A stretch of DNA of 64,000 nucleotides. Origin: Eledone cirrhosa. Taxonomy: Eukaryota. Both the position numbers and the translations under genes were made by a program. Shown in pieces: positions 37,678 through 51,439 of this stretch. The notes beneath the pieces were generated by a model. It worked only from the letters and a program-made list of their open reading frames with translations. It had not been told where the DNA came from and ran no database searches. Where the stretch lies: positions 251,906,001-251,970,000 of the forward strand of contig OZ024742.1 of assembly GCA_964016885.1 (NCBI GenBank), written 5' to 3'. Every line of letters begins with the position of its first letter. Positions within the stretch are counted from its first letter, which is position 1.

Positions 37678-39816
37678 TATTTAAACCACGAGTGGGCTCT
37701 ACATGGCATTAATTTAAAGGAAGTTAGTATTCAAAATATGTTTATTATATAAAATCGTTTTAAAGAAATTTATGCTCTTGTTCATACACACGTTCATATC
37801 AATTTTCTATTAATCATATCTACGTGGACAGTACATAAGTTGTTTTTATTTTTATGTTCAAAAGTAATAAATATGATTGTTATTGTTGTTTAGCTCCAAG
37901 TCAGTCTAATTGAGCAAGGTCTTCTCGTCTTCTTGGCATAATAACAGTTTACTACTCACCCACGTTTCTTAATGCATATTTTAGTATTATTATAGAACAA
38001 CACCCGACTGGATTTCAGTGGGAAAAAATTCCTCGTTTTACGCACATTTATTACGCACATTTCCGAGACGAGTGCAGTAGTCATTTTTTTTCTTTATTTT
38101 TTTTTTTAATTTTAAGGATAGTTTGGAGTTTGAAAGTGAAATTTGTTTTTCTTTTTATTTTTAATTTTTAATTTTTAAAAGGAATATGGCATTCAAAATC
38201 GTCGTAAATTACTCGTTTCTGTGGTTCTGAGAACTTCATAACACTTGTCCTGAGACGGGTGAAACGATACAAGTTTAGAATTTTTTTTGTTTTTTAGACT
38301 GAATACTTTTGATCTGTATTTGTCTTAGGTTAAACATAAACTGAAAAATGTTCATAATACTTTTCACATAGATTTCATACTGAAACGTCAAATCATTTCT
38401 ACAACATAGAAGTGCGTGAAAAAACAACATTGTGTATGTGCAAAAATATGGATAACGAAAATTACAAAAATAACAAAGTTTAATGGGTGGGGTACAAAGC
38501 TGTGGTTATGCGGTCTATTTAGGATTTGAACTTTGAATACTGTAAAAGTACTACCATATTTATCGACAAAGGGGCCTCAGTATAGTTGCTCGATTTACTA
38601 GAAATAATAACCAGATTCTTTCAGATCGCCTTATCTTAAAAACAGTAAGAACACACTGGACAACTTAGTTCTATGATTTCATGAGGGATTAACTGGAAAG
38701 CAAGCGAAAAATTATGTTTTTTTTACGATTTGCATATTTGCAGTTTGGTCATCCAATTCATGCTATATTTTCTGAAAATCTCTAAATATTATTTTAAATT
38801 TATAAACAAACAAATACATAAACAAAGATAGTATTAGTAAACGAAGAACAAGACAGAAATATGTTTACGAGCCAGCCCGTCCCGTAGTTCTAATGGGCGT
38901 GATAAAAAAAAAAGGCTAGGATGGCTGGAACACCTTTGATCATAAGGTTGACTTAGGGCTAAACAACCCACTATCCATATATTTTATTTAACGTTATCAT
39001 TCGTGGTAATGCTGCCAGTGTTTAAGCTTGCCTTAAAAAGTATTAGAAGGAGGCTCCTGTCGCTCATGTGACATACATTAATGTTGAATTAATATTTTTT
39101 CGTTTTGATGTTATATTTTTATGTGAAATATTTACCTAATTTAATATTGTATATATTATTTGTATGTATATTTTCATTCTGAAACAATTATAAATAGTGT
39201 GTAATGTTATTTATACTACAAGATACATTTGTTGGTTGCAGTAGTAACTCAAATTTGATTTGAGTGAATAGTTAGATGGAAATGTAAAGTAAAAAACAGT
39301 AAACACAAACACTTACGCAATATTAGAATAATGAAATGTAAAGGAGATTGTAAATACTTGCGAAATCTGTTATAATAAATTTTTTCAGAATAGCAAAATT
39401 TTTTTCAATCCCTGGCCTTAAACAACGATACAAGATTATGGTTAAAACGAAGAAAATGAAAACGAAATGTAGAATAGAAAAGTGAAAGTGTTTTTTCTTC
39501 TTTTTTTTCCCTAGAAAATGGAGGATTGAAAACTGAAAGTGTTTTCCTAGAAAATGTACGATGTTAAAAAAAAGGAATGCAAAAAGAGAAAATGGAAAGT
39601 TTTCTTTCTAGAAAATGTAGCAACAACTAAAAAATGTTTTTAAAATCTACTATTACTTTGTGCAAGAAAAAGTTTTAAATATTACAAAACTTCCGGGTTT
39701 TGACGATGAAGAAAAATATTATGTTGGTTTTTAGAATAAATACACTGCAAGTTGTAAGATTCAATTAAAAGGGTTAGTGTCAGGAAGGGCATCTAGCTAC
39801 AAAACATTGTCTAAAG

Positions 39817-42115
39817 CACAGGTTCTCAACCCATTTGGGCCAAACGCCCCCTTTTGTCCCTCGAAATCAAAAAACGCCCCCTACCCTATTTTTCCATTTT
39901 TCAATATACTACTGATTTTGATATCAGTAGATTACTAAACAATTGATTAACAATATTCCAAAGATACCATTGCAGGCAGCTGAGAGTATAAATACATTCC
40001 TTGAAAGGAAATATATAAATTTCAAAAAAAGGAACATAAATGTTCCTTTTTATGAATAAGGACCACTTGAATTTGTTATATTCCCACCAGGCGATACCAA
40101 CTATTTTGAACATTTATACAAGAGCAACTCTGTCTATCCAAAGAGTGCTCTTATCTGGAAGAAAGTGGCAATTATATCATTTCAAAGCTTTCCAATTTTC
40201 CCTTTAATGAAACGGACAGAATAAATGTTGATATCTAACTTGATGTCCCCTATGCTTTGTGAGCTTAGAGACCACGGAAGAGGGTTTTCATGACCACGCG
40301 GGAGGGTGTATTTATTAGTAAATGGTAAAATATATACAACAAATGAGTAAGTGAATTGTAGTAGATGGTTTCCAGTCCAGTCAGACTGCAACTACAAATT
40401 AAAAAAAGTGTTAGTTTGCTTTGTAATAATAGCATATCCAAGTTTTCAGATAAATCAACTTACTTTAACTTTGACCTCATTTCAATGGGACCCTTGAACT
40501 TTATGGAGTCTAGCTAACTCTTTGACGTCAGGCTGGATTTTCGTAAGATGTAGCCGGAGATTTCCACGTGTAATTACATTGCAGCGGTTGCAAGCCTTAC
40601 TGTGCAGTCTGGAAACAGCACCAAACCTCCTCTTGATTAAGTATGAGCTTGGAAAAGGCAGAGCAAATCTCTTAGCCTCTGCATGTAAGTGTGGAAATCG
40701 ACGCTGAATTTCCTCTTGCATCCAAAAAAGGGGTTCACCTATTTTGGGAAATCTAATTTTGATCAAGTCATCTGCTTGAAGTTCAATGAATTCTTGAAAT
40801 ATAACGTCCAAATCATCGACGTTAGCTATGAAGGGATCTGCTACCCACATTGGGATGTCCATTGGCAAAAGGTTGACAAACTGTTCTCTCTTGTTGTCTT
40901 GTAGCGCATGGGGGTAAGCGGTATACATTTGGAGTTGGTCATCGCTTACAATGTTTTGAACATTGGCGACACTAGGAAAATTATAGAATTTCCGTCAACA
41001 AAGATTCCTTTTGATGACATTCAATTTGGCCAGGAATGTTTTCACAGCATTCCTTGCTTTAAGCAAGGTGATCTTCTTCCCCTGCAAAGCCAAAATGACG
41101 CTATTGCATTTGTCGATGATGTCGGTGAGGTAGGCGCAGTTTTGCCTCACATCGAGGGTTTTCTTGTACAGTTCTGTGTAGCGTTATCGCAGAAACTCAA
41201 TGATAGTGTCAAACAGTTCAAAGAAGTGAGTAAGGCACTTGTCCTTTGAAAGCCACCTCACTTCATTATGAAGGAGCAACTTGATGAATTCTTCGTCATT
41301 ATCTTGGCACAGTTGCTGGAAAATTCGTTCATTGAGGGAATGCCGTTTGATAAAATTGATGACATCAAGGGCCACCTGCAAGGACTTGCTCAGCGGCTTG
41401 CTGAGTTTCTTCGCAGCCAAGTGTTGTTGATGAATGACACAATGAACAACAAATACAGATAGATTTTCTCACTTCAGAAGAGTGATGAAACCCTTATGTT
41501 GGTCGACCATTGCTCTTGCGTCGTCTGTAGCACATGATACAATGTGTGTTGTATTTGGTCCTAGATGTATGTATTACCTCCTTATCTATTGCATGTGGTC
41601 CCAGCTGTATGTATTGCCTGGTTGTGTGTTGTATGTGGTCCTAGATGTATGTATTACCTGATTATGTGTTGTATGTGGTCCTAAATGTATGTATTACCTG
41701 CCTGTGTGTGTGCTACCTCCTTATGTGTTGCATGTGGTCCTAGATGTGTGTATTACCTGCTTATGTGTTGTATGTGGTCCTACATGCGTGTATTACCTGC
41801 TTATGTGTTGTATGTGGTCCTAGATGTGTGTATTATCTGATTATGTGTTGTATGTGGTCATAGATGTGTGTGCTACCCACTTCTGTGTTTTTTTTTGTTT
41901 TTTTTTATTTGTAATATTTATACAATAGGGAATAAAATAGTTATGCTATCTGCATGCTCATTCAAATGCATTCACACTGGCTGTCTCAAAGACATACAAA
42001 TATGGCTTATAAAACTTACCAAAGTAAAGAGCCTTCCAGTGCCCCCCTTGCTCCTAAACGCCTCCCGGGGGTGCATATTCCCCCCACCCACCCCCATCCC
42101 CGCTGAGAACCTTTG
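39817..42115 (-). mobile_element. Buster/Charlie-type hAT transposon, transposase pseudogene (40482 to about 41545), 5' part lost
   Basis: TIRs cacaggttctcaac / gctgagaacctttg; 8-bp TSD gtctaaag/gactaaag. Minus motifs HCVIHQQHLAAKKLS, LLLHNEVRWLSK, LPFPSSYL. Confidence 0.9.
41543..41885. repeat. ~40-bp minisatellite, about 8 units, inside the hAT element
   Basis: Unit ttatgtgttgtatgtggtcctagatgtgtgtattacctg(c/a). Confidence 0.9.
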
Positions 42116-42123
42116 GACTAAAG

Positions 42124-42424
42124 CATTGATTCACAACGTGGGAACAATTTGAATATTCAAGGTGGGCAATTAGAAAATGATGTTAATGAGAGCAAACTTC
42201 AGGTTTTATCTTATTACTTTTACACCAAGGCAACTTTGGAACACATTACTGTTGGAAACTCCTGTCTACCCCTCCACACATGTTATTGTGCATCTGGCAT
42301 TACCCATACGCCAATTTGTTTATACTTTGTAGTTGATCATCGTTGTTTTTGTATCAATGTGGGGGCATAAAAATGTTTGAGATGTTGAGGTGGGGCATGA
42401 GACACAAAAAGTTGGGAACCACTG
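42124..42424. mobile_element. hAT (Buster-type) MITE
   Basis: TIRs cattgattcacaac / gttgggaaccactg; 8-bp TSD gactaaag/gtctaaag. Confidence 0.8.
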
Positions 42425-43249
42425 GTCTAAAGGCATCTTGTCTAGCCTATACCAACATAGAAATGAATATTATCATGTCCTATAGCGAGTTGGATGGTGT
42501 TATGGATAATTGTATTGTGGCATTGTGTACCCACTTGTGGATTGCTCAGTGGTGTGGCTGCTGTTGTGTAAGTGCAAGCGAGAGATCAATGTGCCTGATA
42601 CAGTGTGACCAGAGATTGCGCGTGTGCAAGTAAGTGACTAACTGTGTTCATTATGATGATATGATGATTCCTTTCATGTAGGAAATGAAATATATAAAAA
42701 ACATGATAATACAAAGCTCCTATATTACTAATGTATTAAACATAACTTTCGCTGAAGTTATATGACAATACACTAAGAACAAATAAACAAATAAAGTACC
42801 AGTAATACACTGGGTAATTGCTGGCCTTGTGCCTAACGTAGAAACAGTTATTTGTCAAGATGTGTATCCATGTTTGTTTTCAAAGGTATAATTTAAAAAA
42901 TGTATTTACCAAACCTGTTGATGTGAGGAACTTTGCTGGCTTGGCTGAGAGAGAGAGTAAGACCCAAAGGGTCAGTTCTGTGTAAAGCAATGGACTATAC
43001 GTTCACTCTTAGAATTAAATGCTCCAACTGACGTGGCTGTGCTGAGAGCTGGCTATTTTATGAATATTGGTTCCCAGTCTCCGAGACCTGAGAAGAGACA
43101 GATGACTCTCAGACATTGACGCTTGGAAGCCATTGACAATGTAAACTTATCTCTGAGGTCAGAGACGTCAGTTTCTATGGTGGGCGATTTGACAGTGTAA
43201 AACCAACTCCGCTGAAAAGAACAATAAATTACTGCTACACTCCTCTCTC

Positions 43250-45090
43250 TGGATTGATCTTAATTCCTGGTTTAGTCGAGAGAGCGAACCACATCCAGTG
43301 GTCTTAGGTATCATGACGTTTCTTTCTTTTGAGTTTGTATCTAATACCTTTCTTATTATCTTAACCATTCCAAGCAAACGGGGTTTCTGTAACATTTTAC
43401 TGTCAGATTCAATTCTAGTTTTTTGGGTTTTTTTTTATTAATCCATCAAAATTCTGTGACTGTCCTTAAGGTACCATTGACCACTGGTATCACATCAACA
43501 TTTTCCATCTTCCACATTCTTGAAATTTCATACTTCAGGGAGCCATAATTTGTGCACTTTTTTCTTCTTTTCTTTCTATGTCAGTATTAAATGGAGAAGC
43601 TGGATCTATCAACTGACACATTTTCTTTTTCTTTTCAAATGGCTCCCAAATAACGGGGGGAGGGGTGAATCGGTAATTGTTCTGTTATCTCCATTGATTT
43701 TTTAAAAAACCAGAATTAGTCATTTAGTTTACATATTATAACCCCAACCCATCCTATTTATGGGATTTCTTGTAATTTTCGTTTTTGTCATGTATAGATG
43801 TTTAATGTATAAAGAAAAGTAATTGTTGCAGGAATGCTAGCACTTAAAATAAAATTTTGCCAAAGATAGATTAGCAAAATTTAATAAGCAGATGGGGGAG
43901 GGTTGGAATAAGAGTGGGAGCATTGGAAAAAATCTGAAAAATTAATAAGCAGGAGGGGGGGGGGGGGCGATTATTCAAGACCCGAGAGTAGCCGTTTATT
44001 GGTTTGTATAGGGCAATCTCATAAGATCATGCAGTCTTCTGACTCCAATATTTTTCTCGAGTTGGTGCATGTAGCATGTGTCTGCCTTAACAAATCCTCA
44101 CTTCTCACAGTTTCTAGTGGATTACTTTGGCCCTAGTATCATGCCTCACCTTATATTCATTTTGAGCAAGGTTTGGACACTGAGACAATATGTGCCACTG
44201 TTTCAACTGCACTCCCAGACAATCAACACAGAAGTGATACATCTCTATATACTGATTTTCTGATGTTATTTGCGCTAATTGCCTGATTTTGTGCTGCAAT
44301 TATTATGCTCTTTGTTTCCTTTTTCAAATGCCCCTTCTTTAGCCAATCGCATGATTTAATTCCTCTCACATCATCTGTTGCTTTTCTGAATTGCCTGTGT
44401 AGTGTCTTGCCCTCATATGCAGTTTCATGTTCATTCTGCACCTTTTTTTAAATTTTTGCCAACAGTGTTAGTTCCTAACAAACCTGCTCTGTTCACTTCC
44501 CTCAGTAACTTCTCTCTGAGCACACATAAATACTGTTCTAGCCCCTCTATTTTCTATTCTAACACAATCTATCCCAATCAAACCTTGGCCTCCATTTGCT
44601 CCTTTCATATATAATTGGTCCATATCTGCCGTGGTGTGATATACTCCATGCATTGTTAGCAGCTTCCTCGTTTTGCTATCCAAAGCTCCCCAACTCTGCC
44701 TTAGTCCAATCTATGATGCCAGCCTGATATCTAATGATAGACACTGCTTTTGCATTGATAGCAGAAATAATATTCCCACAGTTGAGTTTTGATTTTAATA
44801 TTGTCCTCAATCATTGTACATACTCTTTACTTGCCTGTTCCTTAATCGCTTCATGCTTTATTCCATTTGCTTCCAATATTCCAAGATATTTATATCCTCT
44901 TCCTTATTCTATGCATTTCATCATGTTACCTTCTAGCATTGTAATTCCTTCTCTCTGAACAACTTTTCCTCTCTTCATAACCAGCACAGTACATTTTGAC
45001 AAACCAAATTCCATTTTGATATCATCTGAAAATATCCTAATCGCATTTTCCAAGCTGTCTATTTAATCTTCACTTTTTGCAAACAATTCA
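43250..45090 (-). mobile_element. R4/Dong-like non-LTR retrotransposon relic, copy 1 (RT C-terminus, CCHC, RLE), interrupted by a MITE-like insert at about 43640-43990
   Basis: LHRQF...WLKKGHLKKETKSIIIAAQNQAI, CPNLAQNEYKVRHD..AKVIH, ILWDCPIQT-like, LQKPRLLGMVKIIRKVL, KTRKLLTMHGVYH..ADMDQLY...GGQGL. Confidence 0.8.
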
Positions 45091-45479
45091 GCCTGGTTTG
45101 TGTGTTCACCTGATTAGATCAGGTGACTGATCGGTTTCTTGAAATGAATGTTGCAAATAGTCAGTTCAGTTGCATCACTCTCAAGCCATAGCCATATCCG
45201 CTGTGTACACTGATGTATCCATCTTGGTGCTGTTCAACATGTCCATTGAAGTCACCAGCTAGGATGATGAGATCTCTGTCATCTGTAATTGAGGTTGTCT
45301 GCTAGAGTTCCTTATACAAACACACACATGTATATGCCTCAACAAAACGCACCCAGTCCACCCTGTAATGTGGTAGTACTGGTGTCATAATAAAATGCTC
45401 CTAGTACACATAAAGTGGTTGGCTTTCTTTCTAAATTATCACAATATCGAGTTTACTATGCTCCATCTCAAGGTCACAT

Positions 45480-47525
45480 TCTAGCAAAAAGTCACACATA
45501 TCTTTGCATTATTTTCAATAATGGCCTTGGGTACATGTTCATACCAGTTCTCTGCACTGTCAAGTTCATACTTGCTGTAAAGTGCCCAATGGACTATCCT
45601 TGCTACATTGTCATGATGCCTCATATCCTTTCTGAGTTAGTGGTGTAATATGCCATACAGTTTCTCCATTCTTGTCACAAATTCTGCACTGCAGTCTACT
45701 TTGTGTTTAACGTAATTGGTTCTTAATGCTTGTTTTTGAGCAGCATAGATTAAGACTTCTGTTTTTGTTTCTAAATCACTTTTAGCCACCATAACCACTC
45801 TGTCTATTTAATCTTCAACATCTTTATCGAATTGTTCATGTATTCTTTTTTTCTGTCCATCTATTTTCAGTTTCATCCATTTTCAAATTCTTGTACTTTG
45901 TTTTATCTTGGCAATCTTCAATTTTTCACAACCCTGACCTTCTTACTTCCAACAATCGGGATTCTGTGGCATTTTTCATGTACTACGTCATGTTGTTTTC
46001 TTCTGCTCTAATGCTCTCTTGGCTCCCAATCAATCCTCTCCCTCCTCTTTTTCTTGGTACATACATTCTCTCTGTGTAACTCTTTAGGTGAAATATCCCA
46101 TATCTAGTTAATAGCTTTCTTATCTTTCAGTCTAAGCTGTTTAGTTCTTCTACTGTCCACACGATCACCCTTGATCCATATCTAATGAGTGAGATTGCCC
46201 ATATTTTGATAGAATCATCAATCTTATTCTGTCCATTCAGTTTCAACTTGACAAGTTTCAGTCTGTGTACGTATTCCGTTTATCCGTTTCCAATAAATCC
46301 AAGTACTTATAACCCTCCTTTTCTATTTGCTTCATAACCTCCCCTAGTGGCAGCAGCAACCCATCCATGCATTTTATATTACCTCTTTTTAAGACAAATT
46401 AACCAAACTTTTTCAATCTAAACTTTGATGTCAACACTAAATGTTTACACTGTATTGATGGAACTGACCTGGGATTCATCCTTACCATAAAGTGTGAGAT
46501 CTTCCATGAATAATAAGTGGTTAACTTTTCATTACCAATCTTTAAATTCATACTCAGTCTTGGCTTTCCTCAAAATCATTGTCAGTGGTATCATGTTCAG
46601 TACAAAAATCAGTGGTGATATGCTCCCCTTGAAATGCACTTCACTTTATTTCTATTGTCCCTAAGCTTCTTCCACATGCTGTCAGTTCTATCTTCTACTT
46701 CTCCATACTTTTCCTTAAGAATATCTCAATATTCAATGCAATGCCAAGTAGGTTTACACATTGCATAATCCGAAAGTGCAAAATCATATCATAGGTCATA
46801 GTCAAGTGGGTTTTCCTCCTTTTGCTATCCCTAAGTACTGTTTTGTCTATCAAAAGCTCCGTTTCTCCATTTTCTTCAAGATGCACGTACATTTATTCTG
46901 TGATTATTCCTGTCAATAATTTCCACATAAGTCGTAGGCATGTTATCAGTCTGTAGTTGTCTACTGCTTTCCCTTTTGTGATGTCTTTCAAGCACAACTG
47001 TCCTGCCTTTTATCAACCACTCTGGTATCACTTGGTCAGCATTTAACATGCTGAGTTGTTCAGCTATCTGTGCATGACATTCACTAAATCTTTTAATCCA
47101 ATAACCTTGAACTCCATCTGGTCCCAGAGATCTCCAATTGCTCATCTTTTTTCTGACTTCCTTCACATCCCTAACTGAAATGTCTAGTTCTGCTTGCTGT
47201 GCACAAATTGTTGTTTGTTTAAGTTCTTCTAACCATTCAGCATCCTTCTTGTGTTCCTCCTCTTTACTCCAAAATCTTTGACTTTCTTTGCTATTTAGTA
47301 TCATTACTTCATCTGTACACTCGCCATTTATTTCTTGGTAAAATCTCTTTTGATCTACTTTGAATAATCTACTTTGCTGATATTTATTCTTTGGTCATAT
47401 CTTGCTATCTTTGCTTTATTTGCAATAAGACATTGCTTGAATTCCTCCATTACAATTTTTAGACCTTTTCTTTTAATGCCATACTTTCTTTCCAATGCTC
47501 TGTATTTGTGTTCATTTCTAAGCTG
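45480..47525 (-). mobile_element. R4/Dong-like non-LTR retrotransposon relic, copy 2
   Basis: [57 protein letters not shown]; heavily decayed. Confidence 0.8.
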
Positions 47526-47954
47526 CCACTTCTATTTTCAGTCAGACAGATTGACACTAACTCTATATTCAAGACTGACACTAGTCATATTAGTACTGTG
47601 CATGGTAGTTATCAAGCAATTACACACCGATATTCCCTTTCAAGTAAAAAAAGAGATACTACCAAATGTTGATCTAACCACCAATTCCAATGCTAAGTCT
47701 ATTCCTGGAGAAGAATACGCCACACAACATGAGTTAGTTATTAGTGACATCAGAATAAGCATAAGAGGGAACAAGAAATGGAGGAGTGTATGGAAGCTAA
47801 ATGATCAGTCTGTTAAATATAGGTTTAGAAAAGCTCTATGTGGTACATTTATTACAAATTATGATTAATAATATCTTTGCCTTTCTAATTTTAGGCTGTC
47901 TTACCTTTTCTTTAAAATTTCCTGGTTTATCATACTATTGAATTTGGAGATATC

Positions 47955-48137
47955 ATGAAACGGGTATTGATCACTGGAGCTTCTGGTTTGCTAGGGAGAG
48001 CTGTAATAAAAAAATTTCAGTCTGCATCTGATAAGTGGGATGTATATGGTACAGCTTTTAAAAGGGCATCTCAAGGACTTCATAAAATGGACCTGACAGA
48101 CGAAGAAGTTGTATTTAAAACAGTTAAAAATTTCAAA
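47955..48137 (+). CDS. MAT2B: Methionine adenosyltransferase 2 subunit beta-like, coding exon 1
   Basis: MKRVLITGASGLLGRAV is a Rossmann TGxxGxxG motif. Donor AAA|gtaagt (phase 0). An upstream acceptor ttttag| at 47894 implies a further 5'UTR exon. Confidence 0.92.
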
Positions 48138-48276
48138 GTAAGTAATTTCATTTTTCAATTTTTTTTTTAATTTCTTTTCAGAAACTATCTTTATAAGCTA
48201 CTTCTTGGATAATATGAGAGAAAGGTAGGATATTTTGAGTTAAGTGTAGAGTTATTAGAGCTTATGACAAAACACT

Positions 48277-48605
48277 TTGTGGTGTTTGTTTCAGCTGTTG
48301 GTGAATTGGCAAAATTGTTGAGTTTGAATTCAACTGTGGCCTGTTCGGATTGGCAGGCTTAATCTCTGTCACCTGATTTAACGCCACTACCTGTCACTTG
48401 TGTGCCCTTAGAAGAGTATACTCTATGCAATCATTTGGGTCAGATCTTTGGTTTGAAGATACCTTCCTCCCTCCCACAAATCTTGGAGCCCTTAAAAAGG
48501 ATCATAGGCACTGAACTTCTATCCCTGATAAAAATAAAATGATATAGAAGTTAATTGTTTGCTGTTGAGAGTACTGTATAGAAGCAGTTTAAGCAATTAC
48601 ATAGA
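48277..48605 (+). repeat. Intronic ~330-bp repeat, copy 1 (copy 2 at 56272-56610)
   Basis: Shared tttgtttcagctgttg.tgaatt.gca.aattgttgagt, actgtggcctgtt.gg.ttggcag.cttaat, cactacctgtcacttgtgtgcc, tatagaagttaattgttt. Confidence 0.8.
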
Positions 48606-48700
48606 ATCACCTATATTTATTTCAACATAATTGACTGCAGTGGGGACCTAACATTGTTTTTAGAAGAAATCAAAACACTGCTTCTATAGTGATTTAAATG

Positions 48701-49223
48701 TGTAGTGACCTACATTCTGATGGCTCTTGAATACATTCTCCATACGTTGTTTGGCTCAGTTCAGCCAATTGCTATCAGCGTAGGAGAATGTATTTTAACT
48801 TCCGCTGAAAGGGAAAAATTCCTGCTTCGCTTCGAAAATCTCTCTTTGAATCTCGTCACCAAAAGGTAAACATCTCTTGATTTCGTTCCTCAAGCATAGA
48901 CAATATGTAGCAACAAATATCACTACGGGTCTGGCTAATGCCTCAGCCAGTTGACCGTACCTCCTTAAACTCTTAATTTGTCTATTCATTTCATTATGGC
49001 ATGCCAGCTAAACCTTTGTAATCTGTTTGTAAATAAATTATATATTATAAACATTATAAAGTCGTATGATGATATTTTCCACAACATTCCCTTGAACTGC
49101 TTCTTCGGTTACAAACAAATATTAACATTCATAACACATATATATCTACCTCTCCTATTAACTATCATTAACAACCAAAATACACGTTCTAAATTGGTGA
49201 ACATCTACAAAATAACTTCTAAA
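48701..49223. mobile_element. Solo-LTR-like element, TGTAG...CTAAA, 4-bp TSD AATG
   Basis: tgtagtgacctacattc...tttggctcagttcagccaat shared with 22946. aatg at 48697-48700 and 49224-49227. Confidence 0.65.
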
Positions 49224-51057
49224 AATGTAAGTACTGACTTTAAGTCATTTATTAAAATATATGCCTCTCTTGGAGAATCCCTTTGTGCATTGGTCATAAT
49301 GATTTCTAATCTGAGATAATCAAAAACAAATCATAAAAATCACTTTTATCCATAATAATAATTGTTTCTGATTTAGGCACATGGCCAACAATTTTGGGAG
49401 AGGAGAAAGTAAATTAAATCAATCTCAGTGCATGACTGGGGTAAAGCTAACCTCTGCAGGATTAAAACTCAGAATATAAAGGGCCATAACTCTATGCTGC
49501 AAAGCAGGGTGTCCTATACTCTACCGATACTGCCAATCCACCAGCCTTGCATTGATTATAATATACATAGTATTATATAGTTGCAGGCATACTTATTTAG
49601 TTAAGAAGTTCATTTCACAGCCTTTTGTATTTGGAGTACATTTCATTCCATGGCATTTTGAGCAAGTTTCTTCTGCTATAGCCTGAGACTGACCAGTGCC
49701 TAAGGAATGAAATTGGTATGTCGAAACCGAGTGGAAGTCCATATTTATGTATGTGTATGTCTATGTCTGTGTTTAGTAGAAGTTAACTCTTTAACTACAG
49801 GTTTTTTTCTCTATGAAGAACCATAGAAAGCATGATGAAAAAAAAGGGTTGAGAGGACTCTTTAGTGTTTGTGCCAGGATAAAATGTACCCAGCACACTT
49901 TATAAAGGGGTTGTTTATTAGGAAGGGCATCTATTCATAGAAAACTTGCCAAACAAAGGACTCTTTAGTTGTATCAAAGACATGATGGCCTTTCTAGTGC
50001 TGGTGCTATGATAAAATGCACTCTGTATACTTCATAAAGTGCAGAAACATATGTAAGCAAGATGCAACCCCATGACCAGCCTGAGAGATCAGTAGCACCA
50101 ACTAAATGCTGATGTGGCCTGTGATGATTTATCTGACCCTTGGTAGTGGGGGAAAATGGACATTAAATTATGATAGTGATAATGATTAACTGTTAGTCTT
50201 CTAATGATTTCTCTGTCTTTGATAATGCCCATGATGATGTTGAGGAGAGATCCCATCCTCATTACTGAGGATCGGGGACTATAGACAATAACACCAATGC
50301 TCATTTATATGATGAGGAATGTCCATGATTCTCATCAAGAAAAAAGTAGCATCGGTAGGACCAAAATCTGGAAGCTGGCTACCAAGCTGCAGCTCATTTG
50401 CCTTTATCATGATGATGAAGCTGTTGGTTACTTGAAAGGTTGTCATTAGAGTGACTTAGGAATCCCATCTACCTCAGTTTTGAATATCAGAATAATCCTT
50501 CTAGACAGACTGTCAACCAACGTTAACGAGCTCTGTCTACTCATTTTTTTTTTTTTTTTTCTTTTACACTCTATTGAATGACCATTGTATCTATTGAGTT
50601 CGTTTGCCTTTTGATGGGTTTTGTTTTTCATCCTGCAGGGTGTTGAAAAATCACCTTCCTCACCAGGCAATCTCACTAGGGTTGCTAGTTTAATCACTGG
50701 CAACTCGAGCATATATAGACCTAAAACTACTATCCAATCACATATAACCAATACAATAGAGAATATAAAATGATAAAATATGTTATTCTTTGCATATTGC
50801 TAAAGTTTATAAAAGTATTAGATTTTTACTAATTCAGAATCCTTTAACTTAACATTCTTGCATGGCTTAGTGGTGGTTAAGGAGTTAGACTCACAATCAT
50901 CAGGTTGTGGGTTGAATTTCAAGACTGGGTGGTATATTGTGTTCTTAAACAAAATACTTATTTTCATAAGAGGGTGTTGTAGTTTTCCTGAAGCATTGTG
51001 TTAGTGCATTAAGTAGTATGTTATTCAAAGGCTACAACAATGTGAAATGAATGGTGA

Positions 51058-51413
51058 ATTTTGAAAAAAATTGGAAAGAATGAAGATATATTACCTGTTA
51101 TTTTATTTATTTGTCCTAATATTTTGGGACTATGACTAACAAAACAGGTTTGGAGTCCTCTGCTTTTGGTGTTATAGTCACACCATCTTACTTTCTTTGT
51201 TTGCAAGCAATGTTCTGTTTATAGCTGCCAGAAGTAGTGGGAAGATGACGTATGTGGACTGGGTGAGTCTATAACAACAAAAGTACAAAGCTCCAAACCA
51301 GGTTCTTACTGTAATCTTTTGATGAAGTAATTTTAGTCCTGAAATATTAGGATAGATAAATAAAATAGCAGGTAACACAGAAACATCTTCATTGCCTCCA
51401 GTTTTTTCAAAAT
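51058..51413. mobile_element. MITE-like inverted repeat (about 75-bp imperfect arms)
   Basis: ttacctgttattttatttatttgtcctaatattttgggacta versus tagtcctgaaatattaggatagataaataaaatagcaggtaa. Confidence 0.7.
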
Positions 51414-51439
51414 GTATTGTCTGTTTTGCCTTCGAGTAA

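Noticed and set aside
42916-43239. Solo LTR (tgttg...aataaattactgctaca)
   Set aside because: No target-site duplication found and the 5' boundary is uncertain.
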